Positions 41,035 through 50,350 of a stretch of 64,000 nucleotides of DNA are shown here, one piece after another; positions within the stretch are counted from its first letter, which is position 1, and each line of letters starts with the position of its first letter. This DNA is from Clostridia bacterium (GTDB lineage Bacteria > Bacillota > Clostridia > Oscillospirales > CAG-272). The position numbers were made by a program, and so were the translations under genes. The notes under the pieces are model-generated. The model worked only from the letters and a program-made list of their open reading frames with translations. It did no database searches and was not told the origin of the DNA. The stretch covers positions 12,673 through 76,672 of the forward strand of contig JAFULR010000010.1 of assembly GCA_017483195.1 (NCBI GenBank), read 5' to 3'.

Positions 41035-41281
41035 TCACCTTCTTTCAATATTAATTGTGCTGAAAGCACAACTGCGATTGCATTTATTATACCACAAAAA
41101 CATTGTTTTTTCAAGAGGAAACGAGTATAATATTGGCGTAAAAAGAAAAAAGGAAATGGAGTGATTCCGATGGGTGCCTTGACAATGTAGCCCAAAGGGC
41201 GAAGCGAAAACAGTGCGTTGATGCGGGCTGACCGCAGAACGCTGAATATAAAAACAGTTGATATAAATGGAGGAATTAATT

Positions 41282-41710
41282 ATGGTACCGAGCATTTTTG
41301 GTGAGAATATGTTGGATGATTTCTTTGACGGCGGTTTCTTTGGCGCACACAATCCGCTTTACGGAAAGAACGCAAGAAATCTGTTGAAGACCGATATTCG
41401 TGAGATGGATGACAGCTATGAGTTGGCTGTTGATCTGCCTGGATTCAAGAAGGATGATATCAACATTGATATCAAGGACGGGTATTTGACCGTCAGTGCA
41501 GAAAAAGGTCTTGACAAGAAGGAAGAGGACAAAAAGGGGCGCATTCTCCGTCAGGAACGTTACGCAGGCGTTTGTTCGCGTAGCTTCTATGTCGGCAATG
41601 TAAAGCCCGAGGATGTCAAGGCAAAATACGAATCCGGCGTTCTGTCGGTTGTTCTGCCGAAGGTGGATCAGAAGAAACTTGCTTCTGCCAGCAAAATTGC
41701 GATTGAATAA
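41282..41710 (+). CDS. Hsp20/alpha-crystallin small heat-shock protein
   Basis: ACD-domain motifs (DIREMDDSYELAVDLPGFKKDDINI...GVLSVVLPK); GGAGGA RBS before ATG 41282. Confidence 0.85.
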   Translation: MVPSIFGENMLDDFFDGGFFGAHNPLYGKNARNLLKTDIREMDDSYELAVDLPGFKKDDINIDIKDGYLTVSAEKGLDKKEEDKKGRILRQERYAGVCSRSFYVGNVKPEDVKAKYESGVLSVVLPKVDQKKLASASKIAIE

Positions 41711-41756
41711 TCCGCATAAGTAAGAGGCTGAGTCATTAACTTAGCCTTGAAAAAGA

Positions 41757-41806
41757 AAAAAGCGGATGTTCTTTACCGAAAGGTATTGAGCATCCGCTTG
41801 CTTTGT
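41757..41806 (+). terminator. terminator after hsp20
   Basis: AAGCGGATG...CATCCGCTT long hairpin. Confidence 0.6.
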
Positions 41807-42042
41807 TGTATAATTAAATCGCTAAAAATAACCAACAAGAAAGCGAGATAATTATACACCAATGAGAGAAAAAAATCAAGTAGTTTTGCCGTTAGATTTA
41901 GGAATTTGTATTCCCGAAGGAGATTTTGTATTCAAAGTAGCAGAAATATGCGAGAGCTTGGACTAATATAGAAACATGCAATATCTTTGTAAATGGCGAA
42001 TGGCAGAGCGCACGCCAAAAAGGCGATGCCTTTTTCGTAGGA

Positions 42043-42489
42043 TTGGACTTTGAAAATCGTGTTGAAAAAGTTAAACTCACTTTTGCAGACAATATTGTTG
42101 ATGATTATATTTTCTCTACTCAGTATGTAGAAGCAGATAAGGATTTGTATTATAAAAAGCAAGCAGACGCAAAAAGGAACACCTACATTGAAGCTGCGCA
42201 AATTAAGCATTCTATTGGGGCAGATTTGGTTAATATATATTTCCAACCCTGTTGTGATGAATATTGCAAAACTGAAATTACGCTGTATAAAGATAATATG
42301 ATGCTTGCAAAGTATAGAGTTGACGAGGAATGCTTTTTTAAGGCGATTATCGGACTTGCATATGGCAAATATGCTTTCGTTTTAAAACAGTTTGATTCTA
42401 ACGGTGAAGCACTCTTTGAAACGGACAAGATGGAGTTTTCTATTGCTAAACCTCAGCAACCCTTCATGGGACGGATAAACAGAATATGA
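42043..42489 (+). CDS. hypothetical protein
   Basis: 148 aa, TTG start; AT-rich; overlaps the next ORF by ATGA. Confidence 0.4.
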   Translation: MDFENRVEKVKLTFADNIVDDYIFSTQYVEADKDLYYKKQADAKRNTYIEAAQIKHSIGADLVNIYFQPCCDEYCKTEITLYKDNMMLAKYRVDEECFFKAIIGLAYGKYAFVLKQFDSNGEALFETDKMEFSIAKPQQPFMGRINRI

Positions 42490-43046
42490 CTGACAGCATC
42501 ATAAGCATTCAATACGATTCTAATATTGCCAAGGGCAACGAGGTTGTTCGAATTTCGTTTTATGCAAATATAGGCTTTTTCATCGAAGTTGCTCAAATGT
42601 TTGAGTTCAATTTGCGGAAACTGATATGCTATGAAAGATCTATCAAGGAGATAGAGCAAGGCGCGATCACCAAAGAAAATGTGGAACGTATATGCGCAAA
42701 GTATGATCAGTATTATGATAACACCTACTTGGGAAAGCCCAAGTTTACTTTAGGAAAGCTTATTAATGAGTCAAAAAGCGAGTCTTCAATTTCTAAAGAG
42801 TTCTTTGATTTTCTTGATGAGTTGAATGATTTTAGAGTTAATCTTGTCCATAAGATTTTTCAAAATAATATCATCAGACATGATTTCGATTCTGCAGAAT
42901 TTGTCCTTGAATATACTAATAAACGAATCATTCCTATGACGAACAAAGCGATTGAAATAAACAGGACAATCATAGTAATAATTGATTTGTATCGTTCAAA
43001 TTTGCATGATTATAAAGCGCAGGTAGGACTCCCCTTGCCATGCTAA
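42486..43046 (+). CDS. hypothetical protein
   Basis: 186 aa, predicted helical; translationally coupled to the preceding ORF. Confidence 0.45.
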   Translation: MTDSIISIQYDSNIAKGNEVVRISFYANIGFFIEVAQMFEFNLRKLICYERSIKEIEQGAITKENVERICAKYDQYYDNTYLGKPKFTLGKLINESKSESSISKEFFDFLDELNDFRVNLVHKIFQNNIIRHDFDSAEFVLEYTNKRIIPMTNKAIEINRTIIVIIDLYRSNLHDYKAQVGLPLPC

Positions 43047-43197
43047 AAATCATCTACACAGCCCCACCGCTATGGTGAGGCTGTGTTTTGCTTACTTTTT
43101 TTCTAAAAACATCAGTATTATTTCGTAAAAATTATTGAATTTTGAAATAATCGCGCGCGGGAGGGATATAATCCAATAAAAAAGAAAGGAGTTTTTT

Positions 43198-43353
43198 ATG
43201 AAATACGTTTGTGACGTTTGCGGTTGGGAATATGACGAGGAGAAGGGAGATCTATCGCTCGGGATTGCGCCCGGGACGGCGTTTGGCGATCTGCCGGAGG
43301 ATTTTGTGTGTCCTCTTTGTGGCGTTGGGAAGGAAATGTTTTCCCCTGCCTAA
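43198..43353 (+). CDS. rubredoxin
   Basis: 51 aa, [14 protein letters not shown]...CPLCGVGK: two CxxC pairs; AAGGAG RBS; below the ORF-track size cut-off. Confidence 0.85.
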   Translation: MKYVCDVCGWEYDEEKGDLSLGIAPGTAFGDLPEDFVCPLCGVGKEMFSPA

Positions 43354-43360
43354 TAAATAT

Positions 43361-43395
43361 GCACCCACCTGCTTTCGCAGGTGGGCTTTTTTTTA
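43361..43395 (+). terminator. rho-independent terminator
   Basis: GCCCACCTGC-tttc-GCAGGTGGGC followed by TTTTTTTT. Confidence 0.8.
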
Positions 43396-44190
43396 TGCCA
43401 ATTGGACGATGGTAAGATGCGCGGAGGTGGGCAGGGTACCTCCCGCGTTGGGGGTTACTGTTAATGCCGTTGTGTTGGAGGCGGGATTGCGGACGGTGAG
43501 TGTGGAATTTGCTACGGTTGTGGTAATAATGGTCGTTCCTGCGATATCCGAGGTTACGGTAGCGCGTCCGAAGACCGCATAGGGCACCTCCGCGCCGTTA
43601 AGCGTCAGGGCGAGCTGACCTGCCTCAGTGACGGGAACGTTGAAGGAAACGAGGTAAGTGCCCGTTGCTGAGAGCAAAAACGTTGTATCGTTAGTTCTGC
43701 CTATATTGGTATTCGCTACAACGCCGTTGCGAGGAAACGCGACGTCCTCGCCAATTCCAACCGTAGTTGCATTATCGGGGGGCATCAGCGCGTAAAAGTC
43801 CGCATAGGACAGTACGCCTCCCGGCAAGCCGCGAGGTCCTTGGGGGCCTGCTTCACCCTGAGGTCCCTGAGCACCGGTTGCGCCCGTTGCGCCCACGGGA
43901 CCTTGAGGACCCTGAACACCCTGCGGACCGGTAAGTCCGATCGGTCCCTGAGGACCTACCTCGCCCTGAGGACCTTGCGCACCCATAGGACCCTGAGGAC
44001 CGGTGGGACCCATTACGCCCTGAACGCCCTGAGGTCCTCTCGGGCCCGTTTCACCTGCGGGGCCTTGAGGTCCAACGGGTCCTTGCGGCCCTTCCGGACC
44101 CTGTGGGCAGATCACGATATTATCGTCGTCATCGCAGGGGCGACGGCAGGGACATCTATTGTTTTTATAATATTGGTTATCTCTATTCAT
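43393..44190 (-). CDS. collagen-like (GXX-repeat) protein with BclA/C1q-like C-terminal domain
   Basis: About 35 consecutive G-X-Y triplets ([22 protein letters not shown]...) then a Thr-rich beta domain ending ...HLTIVQLA, as in exosporium BclA proteins. Confidence 0.7.
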   Translation of the reverse strand: MNRDNQYYKNNRCPCRRPCDDDDNIVICPQGPEGPQGPVGPQGPAGETGPRGPQGVQGVMGPTGPQGPMGAQGPQGEVGPQGPIGLTGPQGVQGPQGPVGATGATGAQGPQGEAGPQGPRGLPGGVLSYADFYALMPPDNATTVGIGEDVAFPRNGVVANTNIGRTNDTTFLLSATGTYLVSFNVPVTEAGQLALTLNGAEVPYAVFGRATVTSDIAGTTIITTTVANSTLTVRNPASNTTALTVTPNAGGTLPTSAHLTIVQLA

Positions 44191-44293
44191 AGCTTCTCCT
44201 CTGAACGGTGAGCGGATTTTTTATCTCACCAATTACAGTATATGAGTCTACAAATAAAAAGTGCGACGTTTAAACGTCGCACTTTATGTATCA

Positions 44294-45964
44294 TTAATAT
44301 TGATTTGAGTCCTTTTGAGAGCCCGTGGGGTTTACAACGCTGTAGCCAACGTTTACAAGGTGGTCCGCTACACGTTCAAGTCCAACTACGACCGATGAGA
44401 AGTAGGGGCTCACGTCAACGTGGCAATTGCCCTCGGCAAGTCTTGCAAAGTGGCTTGCGATAAGCTCCTTTTTCTGGCTGTCAACGCTTTCCTCCAAGGA
44501 TGCAAGGCTTGGCAGATTATCCTTATTATGAGTATCGAAAACGTTTCTGGAAATTTCGAACATCCTTGAAATATTATCGAACATCTCGGCGATCTCCTGA
44601 CGGGCTGTTTCGGAGAACACGATCTTTTTATCCATCATTTCAAGTCCTATCTCGTGCAGGTTTTCCGCATGGTCGCCTATACGCTCAAGGTCATTCAAAA
44701 CGTGGAAATACGAACCGATAATTCTTTCGTCGCTATGCTCCATACAAACGGAGAGCTCTATCAAAAATTTTGTTAAGGCATTATTGGTAAAGTTGATGAT
44801 CTTCTCGTTATTTCTTATGGTTTTATTATGCTCGGAGGATCCTCTGTTCATCGCAACGAGGGAAAGGCGGGTGTTTTCCTCAACTAAGTCGAACATATAC
44901 TCGATCTCCTTCTTTACCTGCATAAGAGCGATGGACGGAGTTGACAAAAGTCTTTCGTCAACGTATCTGAAGGACATTTTTTCCGTTTCCTCTTGATCAT
45001 CCTTGATTACAAGGCAGGAATAATTAACAAGCTGCTTTACAAAGGGAAGAAGGGCAAGTGTTGTTGTAACGTTGAATATAACGTGGAAGAACGAAACCCT
45101 CATCTGGAGTGCCATTGCGTCGTCTCCCGGGAAAACCGTTGTCAAGAGATTTACAATGGGATCCTTGAAGATCCAGATTATCGCGGTAAACAAAACGGTT
45201 CCTATGAGATTGAAGGTGAAGTGTATCAAAGCCACGCGCTTGGAGTTTGCGTTTGCTCCTATACATGCAAGGAGTGCGGTTACGCAAGTACCGATGTTTG
45301 CGCCGAGAATAATGAAGAGCGCAAGGTCAAGGGGAAGAACTCCCGTGCCGACCATGGTTATTACTACACCGGTCGCAGCGGATGAGCTTTGAATAAGAGC
45401 TGTGAATATTATACCCACGAAAATCAGAAGAAGGGGGAAGTTTACGGTTTTGAATATTTCCGTGAACATATCCATAATGAGGGGGTTTTTGAATGCATCC
45501 TCACTACCCATAATATTCAGTCCGACGAAGATCAAGCCAAGTCCCGAGCAAAGAGTTCCCGCGAGCTTTACCTTTTCCTGCTTGAAGAATCCCATCATAA
45601 CGCCTGCGAACGCAAGCGCGTACATAGCCATATTGAAATAATCGTTTTTAAGGGCTACGAGTACACCCGTTATGGTTGTACCGATATTGGCACCCATAAT
45701 AATGGGCGTTGCCTGCATAAGTGTCATAACTCCTGCATTTACAAGACCGATTACCATTACGGAGGTGGCGGATGAGCTTTGGACTATTGCAGTTACTCCC
45801 GCACCGATGCAAACACTTGAAAATCGGTTATTGCTGATTTTTTCAAGCATTTTTTTCATTCCCGATCCGGCACTTTTTTCCAATGCGTCACTTAAAAAGT
45901 TCATGCCGACAATGAAGATGCCAACGCCGGCAAGCAGCCAGATCAAGCTTTGAATCAATTCCAT
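44294..45964 (-). CDS. Na/Pi-cotransporter family protein with PhoU-like C-terminal domain
   Basis: NptA/YjbB-type duplicated membrane repeats; start MELIQSL with AAGGAGAA RBS. Confidence 0.8.
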   Translation of the reverse strand: MELIQSLIWLLAGVGIFIVGMNFLSDALEKSAGSGMKKMLEKISNNRFSSVCIGAGVTAIVQSSSATSVMVIGLVNAGVMTLMQATPIIMGANIGTTITGVLVALKNDYFNMAMYALAFAGVMMGFFKQEKVKLAGTLCSGLGLIFVGLNIMGSEDAFKNPLIMDMFTEIFKTVNFPLLLIFVGIIFTALIQSSSAATGVVITMVGTGVLPLDLALFIILGANIGTCVTALLACIGANANSKRVALIHFTFNLIGTVLFTAIIWIFKDPIVNLLTTVFPGDDAMALQMRVSFFHVIFNVTTTLALLPFVKQLVNYSCLVIKDDQEETEKMSFRYVDERLLSTPSIALMQVKKEIEYMFDLVEENTRLSLVAMNRGSSEHNKTIRNNEKIINFTNNALTKFLIELSVCMEHSDERIIGSYFHVLNDLERIGDHAENLHEIGLEMMDKKIVFSETARQEIAEMFDNISRMFEISRNVFDTHNKDNLPSLASLEESVDSQKKELIASHFARLAEGNCHVDVSPYFSSVVVGLERVADHLVNVGYSVVNPTGSQKDSNQY

Positions 45965-46120
45965 AGGTTCTCCTTTCAAACACGGAAACGTGTAAAACTA
46001 TTGCTAAAGCTTATAATATGAATTATTCACATATAAAATAATTTTATCATTTTTTGTAGGAATAGTCAATAGTTAATTTTTTAAAAAAGCACCGCAAGAG
46101 CATATCTGCGGTGCTTTTTG

Positions 46121-47716
46121 TTATTGCTTGTGCTTTTCAAGAATTGCAAGGGCGGACAAAACTCCGTCATATGCGCTTGTTACGATGCCTCCCGCGTATC
46201 CCGCGCCCTCACCTGCGGGGTAGATATGCGGATTTCCGATAGCCTCGCGCGTTTGCTCGCTTCTGAGCATTCGTATGGGCGAGGTGGTTCTCGTTTCGGG
46301 GCCTGTAAGCACTGCATCGGGAAGGTAGAAGCCTTCCATCCACTCATCAAAATCCGAAAAGGACTGTGAGAGGGAGGAGGTTATATAGTCGGGAAGATAT
46401 TTCTTGGGGGATAGGGGGAGCGTTCCTCTTGAATAAGATGGCTTAACGGACGAATACGCGCCGCTCGGGATGGGATTTTCCCTGAGCTCTCCCATTTTCA
46501 CCGTGGGCGCTGCGTACGTTCCTCCCGTGAGCGCAAAGGCTTTTTGCTCGATGGTACGCTGAAATTCTATTCCGGCAAGCGGATGCTCGCTTCCGAAATC
46601 CTCGGGAGTGACGCTGACAAGGAGCGCGGAATTTGAATTGTCCGCGTTGCGATCGAAAACGCTCATGCCGTTGGTGACAACGCCGCCTTCTTCACTTGCC
46701 GCGGGGACCACCGTGCCGCCCGGGCACATACAGAAGCTATACACGCTTCTGCCGTTCTTAAGATGTGTGACGAGGTGATATGATGCCGTTTCGAGGCTAT
46801 TATCGTGATTTTTGCCGTAAACAAGGGTATTTATATATTCCCTTGGGTGTTCTATTCTCATTCCCACGCCGAAGCCCTTGGGGATCATTTGTATGCCTCT
46901 TTCATAAAGGCTTGCGATCGTGTCGCGCGCGGAATGGCCGATCGCAAGGATGACGTCGGTGCAGGGCAGGGTGTTTTCGCTTCCGTTCTTTATGTATTTT
47001 ACGGCATTCAGCGTGCCGTTTTTATACGAAAGCTCTGTGAATCTTGCGCCGAAGATGAACTCGCCGCCGTTTTTGATGATTTTTTCGCGGATATTTTTGA
47101 CTATTCCGCCGAGCTTGTCCGTTCCAAGGTGGGCGGTGGCGGAGTAGAGAATGTCGGGAGTCGCGCCCGCCTCGATAAATTCCTTAAGTATTTTATATTT
47201 GTATTTATTGAGCGAGCCGGCTTTGAGCTTTCCGTCCGAATAAGTTCCCGCGCCGCCCTCACCGAACTGTACGTTGCACTCGGGGTCGAGGATGCCGTCG
47301 CGCATAAAGTGAGCCACCTTTTTTTCTCGCTCGTCGATGGGCAATCCGCGTTCAAGCACTATGGGATGCGCGCCTGCTTCTGCTAAGATCAGTGCGGCAA
47401 AAAGTCCGCAGGGGCCCGCGCCGACAACAACGGGGCGGAGATCCTCGGTGTTATAGGAGCCGCATTCGAAGGAAAGAGAGGGAACGGGGCTGCACACTTT
47501 TTTGCGAAGCGCGAATTTTTCTTCGAGCTCGGATTCAAAGCAAGCTCCGATTGCGGCTTTATAGCAAATATTGCTTTTATCGCTCAGATCGAGCGCAAGC
47601 TTTAGTATTTCGATGGATTTTATATCCTCCTTGCAAATCGGAAACGTATCAAGTATTTTGCTTTTTATGTCATTTTCGGTGTATTGTAGGGGTAATTTGA
47701 CGTCTATTCGCAGCAT
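46121..47716 (-). CDS. FAD-dependent oxidoreductase (COG2509-like)
   Basis: GAGPCGLFAAL dinucleotide-binding motif; start MLRIDVKLPL with GGGAGGG RBS. Confidence 0.7.
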   Translation of the reverse strand: MLRIDVKLPLQYTENDIKSKILDTFPICKEDIKSIEILKLALDLSDKSNICYKAAIGACFESELEEKFALRKKVCSPVPSLSFECGSYNTEDLRPVVVGAGPCGLFAALILAEAGAHPIVLERGLPIDEREKKVAHFMRDGILDPECNVQFGEGGAGTYSDGKLKAGSLNKYKYKILKEFIEAGATPDILYSATAHLGTDKLGGIVKNIREKIIKNGGEFIFGARFTELSYKNGTLNAVKYIKNGSENTLPCTDVILAIGHSARDTIASLYERGIQMIPKGFGVGMRIEHPREYINTLVYGKNHDNSLETASYHLVTHLKNGRSVYSFCMCPGGTVVPAASEEGGVVTNGMSVFDRNADNSNSALLVSVTPEDFGSEHPLAGIEFQRTIEQKAFALTGGTYAAPTVKMGELRENPIPSGAYSSVKPSYSRGTLPLSPKKYLPDYITSSLSQSFSDFDEWMEGFYLPDAVLTGPETRTTSPIRMLRSEQTREAIGNPHIYPAGEGAGYAGGIVTSAYDGVLSALAILEKHKQ

Positions 47717-47897
47717 TTTGACCCTCCCTTCGTGTAATTGTAATAGTATTATACCACAAAACTTGTACAAAAGAAACAAAAATTTAAATAATTTTTTAAA
47801 ACACTTGATTTTAAAAATTAATAGTGTTAAAATATTGATATATTTTATAAAAAGTCTTTAATTTACTGATTTTTTATACACAAGGAGGAAAACATTT

Positions 47898-49658
47898 ATG
47901 AAATTCAATTTGAGACTTATCGCGTTGCTCATTGCAATGCTGATGCTTCTTACGTCCTGTGAATCCGTTCTCGAGCCCCTTTTCGGACTTATTCCCGGTT
48001 TGCAGACAAGTACAACGGAGACGACGACCACAACCCCGTCTTCATCTTCAACCACTAAAAAACCCGACTCTTCTACAACGAAAAAGCCGTCTATGCCGAC
48101 AATAGAGTTTGATGTAACTGACAATTCTCTATCCAAAGATGAGCTTTTGGCTATGTACACTCTTACTAAAGAAGAGGTTGATGCGGCATTGGCTCTTCTT
48201 GATGCAATGGTGGAAACGTCCAAGACCGCTTCAAATGTTGATGAAGTCAATGTTCTATATGAAGAGTTTGAAAACGTATTCTATCATATAATTCAGCAAA
48301 ATACGGTTGCTATGATCATTTATTACTATAATATGACGGATCAGGCGTCCATTGAGCGTCACCTTAGCACTCAAGAGATGGCATACAGCGTTCAGGATAA
48401 GTATAATCAGTCTTGCAGAACAATGTATCTTGAATCACCTCTCTCCGAGGAGCTCTTCTCCGATTGGAGTGAAGAGGAGGTTCAATCATTGCTCGATTAT
48501 GATCCCGCAATTATGGAGATCCAAAAAGAAATAGATGAGCTTATGGTTCAATATGACAACCTTAACCAGAGTGATCCCGGCTATAATGATGCATGTGTTG
48601 AGATATACAAGCAGACGATCGTTAAAAATAATGAGCTTGCAAGAATGCATGGATACGATAATTACTATGATTATGCCAGTGTAAATGTTTACGGCAGAGA
48701 TTATGCACCGGAGGACTTGAATACCTTCCGTCAGTATGTTGCTGAATATGTAGTTCCTTATGTTGCAAAGACGATGGGTGATTATATGTCATACCGCAGC
48801 TGGACATCCAAAACAAAGAAGGGAAGAGTTGATGAGTTTATTGAAGAATCCTTCTTTGCTACACCCAAGAGAAATTATCTTATGTCTTATCTCAATTCTC
48901 TTGAAGGTAGTATGGGAGAAAGCATGCGTCACGTATTTGAAAATAATAATTGTATTTTCTCTTTCGATGGCAACTCTCACCCCACTGCTTTCCAAACTTA
49001 TCTATATGAGGATGAAAAGCCGTTTTGTTTCTTTGGAAGTAACGGTCAAAGCGCGAACACAGTAGTTCATGAGATAGGTCATTACTATGCCGGATTGAAA
49101 AACCCTGACATTGACAACTACGATCTTTTAGAAACACATTCTCAAGGAAATGAATTTCTCTTTATAACATATTGCGAACAATTTATGGATGAAGACGTAT
49201 ATAAGGCGGTTAGAGCCTATAATCTTTTTAATGCTTGCTATGTTATAGTTATGGCATCCGTTATCGACGGATTTGAGCAGAGAGTATATGAGCTTGACGA
49301 TGATACAGTTATGGCTATGACGGGATCAGATTTTGACGCTATAATGTCAGATGTATGCGAGGTGTTCGGTGGATATGTGTGGGTGAAGAGCAACGGCTCG
49401 GATCCTTACGCATATTGGAGACTCGTTGCTATCAGCAACCCCGTTTACTACATAAGCTATGCTGTATCTGCAGTTGCAGCTCTTGAGGTTGGTGCTATGG
49501 CTGAGCAGGATTATGAGGCTGCTCTCGCGGCTTACACAACACTTGTTGAGGGTGTAACATACGAGGATGGATTCCTTGGCGCTCTTACAAAGGCAGGATT
49601 CACAACTCCATTTGAAGAAGAGACCTTCCAAAATATAGGAAACCTTTTGGCTGATTGA
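47898..49658 (+). CDS. M3-family (PepF-like) metallopeptidase lipoprotein
   Basis: Lipobox LLTSC, Ser/Thr-rich linker, HEIGH zinc motif (VVHEIGHYY); paralogue of pepF at 56428. Confidence 0.65.
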   Translation: MKFNLRLIALLIAMLMLLTSCESVLEPLFGLIPGLQTSTTETTTTTPSSSSTTKKPDSSTTKKPSMPTIEFDVTDNSLSKDELLAMYTLTKEEVDAALALLDAMVETSKTASNVDEVNVLYEEFENVFYHIIQQNTVAMIIYYYNMTDQASIERHLSTQEMAYSVQDKYNQSCRTMYLESPLSEELFSDWSEEEVQSLLDYDPAIMEIQKEIDELMVQYDNLNQSDPGYNDACVEIYKQTIVKNNELARMHGYDNYYDYASVNVYGRDYAPEDLNTFRQYVAEYVVPYVAKTMGDYMSYRSWTSKTKKGRVDEFIEESFFATPKRNYLMSYLNSLEGSMGESMRHVFENNNCIFSFDGNSHPTAFQTYLYEDEKPFCFFGSNGQSANTVVHEIGHYYAGLKNPDIDNYDLLETHSQGNEFLFITYCEQFMDEDVYKAVRAYNLFNACYVIVMASVIDGFEQRVYELDDDTVMAMTGSDFDAIMSDVCEVFGGYVWVKSNGSDPYAYWRLVAISNPVYYISYAVSAVAALEVGAMAEQDYEAALAAYTTLVEGVTYEDGFLGALTKAGFTTPFEEETFQNIGNLLAD

Positions 49659-49715
49659 TTCAAACAACAATAAAATAACAAATCACCACTCCTTCGGGAG
49701 TGGTGATTTTGTTTA

Positions 49716-50336
49716 TTATCTTACAAAATTAGTTCTTTGAGGTGCTTCCTTTTCGGGGAGGCCGTATTTTTCTTTGCCGAGGGCGATGCTCTTCATCAAG
49801 AACACCATATTGTTTGCAAGGGTGCGCATTGTCTGCAGCCCCTCAAGGTCGCCCTGCGCTTCGCCTGCGGCGGCGCCGTGGACGCTGTTCCAATACTGGC
49901 TGGATGCTATGGGCATGCCGCTTATGGTGAAGTATTTATTGAGCTGATCAAAGGTTGCGGAGCATCCGCCTCTTCTTCCGACCGCGACAGACGCGCCGAC
50001 CTTCATTCTTCTATCGAATTTGGTACTGTAAAAAAGTCTGTCAAGAAGGGAAATGAGTGTTCCGTTTGCGCTTGCGTAATACACGGGTGAAGCTATTACC
50101 ACACCGTCACATTCCTCAAAAACGGGAGCAAGCTCATTTACTATATCGTCGATAACGCAATTTTCACGTCCGTTATGACACGCGCCGCAGGCGAGGCATC
50201 CTCGGATCTGCATATTTCCGACCTGAACGTAGTGTATATCGATTCCGTTCTTTTCAAAAATCTTTGTCATTTCGTCAAGAGCGAGGCTTGTGTTACCGTT
50301 CGCTCTCGGACTACCGTTGATCATTAAGGCCTTCAT
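49716..50336 (-). CDS. flavodoxin-like NAD(P)H-dependent FMN reductase / iron-sulfur flavoprotein
   Basis: MKALMINGSPRANGNT N-terminus plus Cys cluster (CLACGAC). Confidence 0.7.
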   Translation of the reverse strand: MKALMINGSPRANGNTSLALDEMTKIFEKNGIDIHYVQVGNMQIRGCLACGACHNGRENCVIDDIVNELAPVFEECDGVVIASPVYYASANGTLISLLDRLFYSTKFDRRMKVGASVAVGRRGGCSATFDQLNKYFTISGMPIASSQYWNSVHGAAAGEAQGDLEGLQTMRTLANNMVFLMKSIALGKEKYGLPEKEAPQRTNFVR

Positions 50337-50350
50337 CTGACATTAACTCC

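Noticed and set aside
41160-41280. CIRCE (HrcA) operator upstream of hsp20
   Set aside because: No TTAGCACTC-N9-GAGTGCTAA element present.
43211-43582. 123-aa plus-strand ORF
   Set aside because: It overlaps rubredoxin out of frame, runs through a terminator and into the collagen-like gene antisense.
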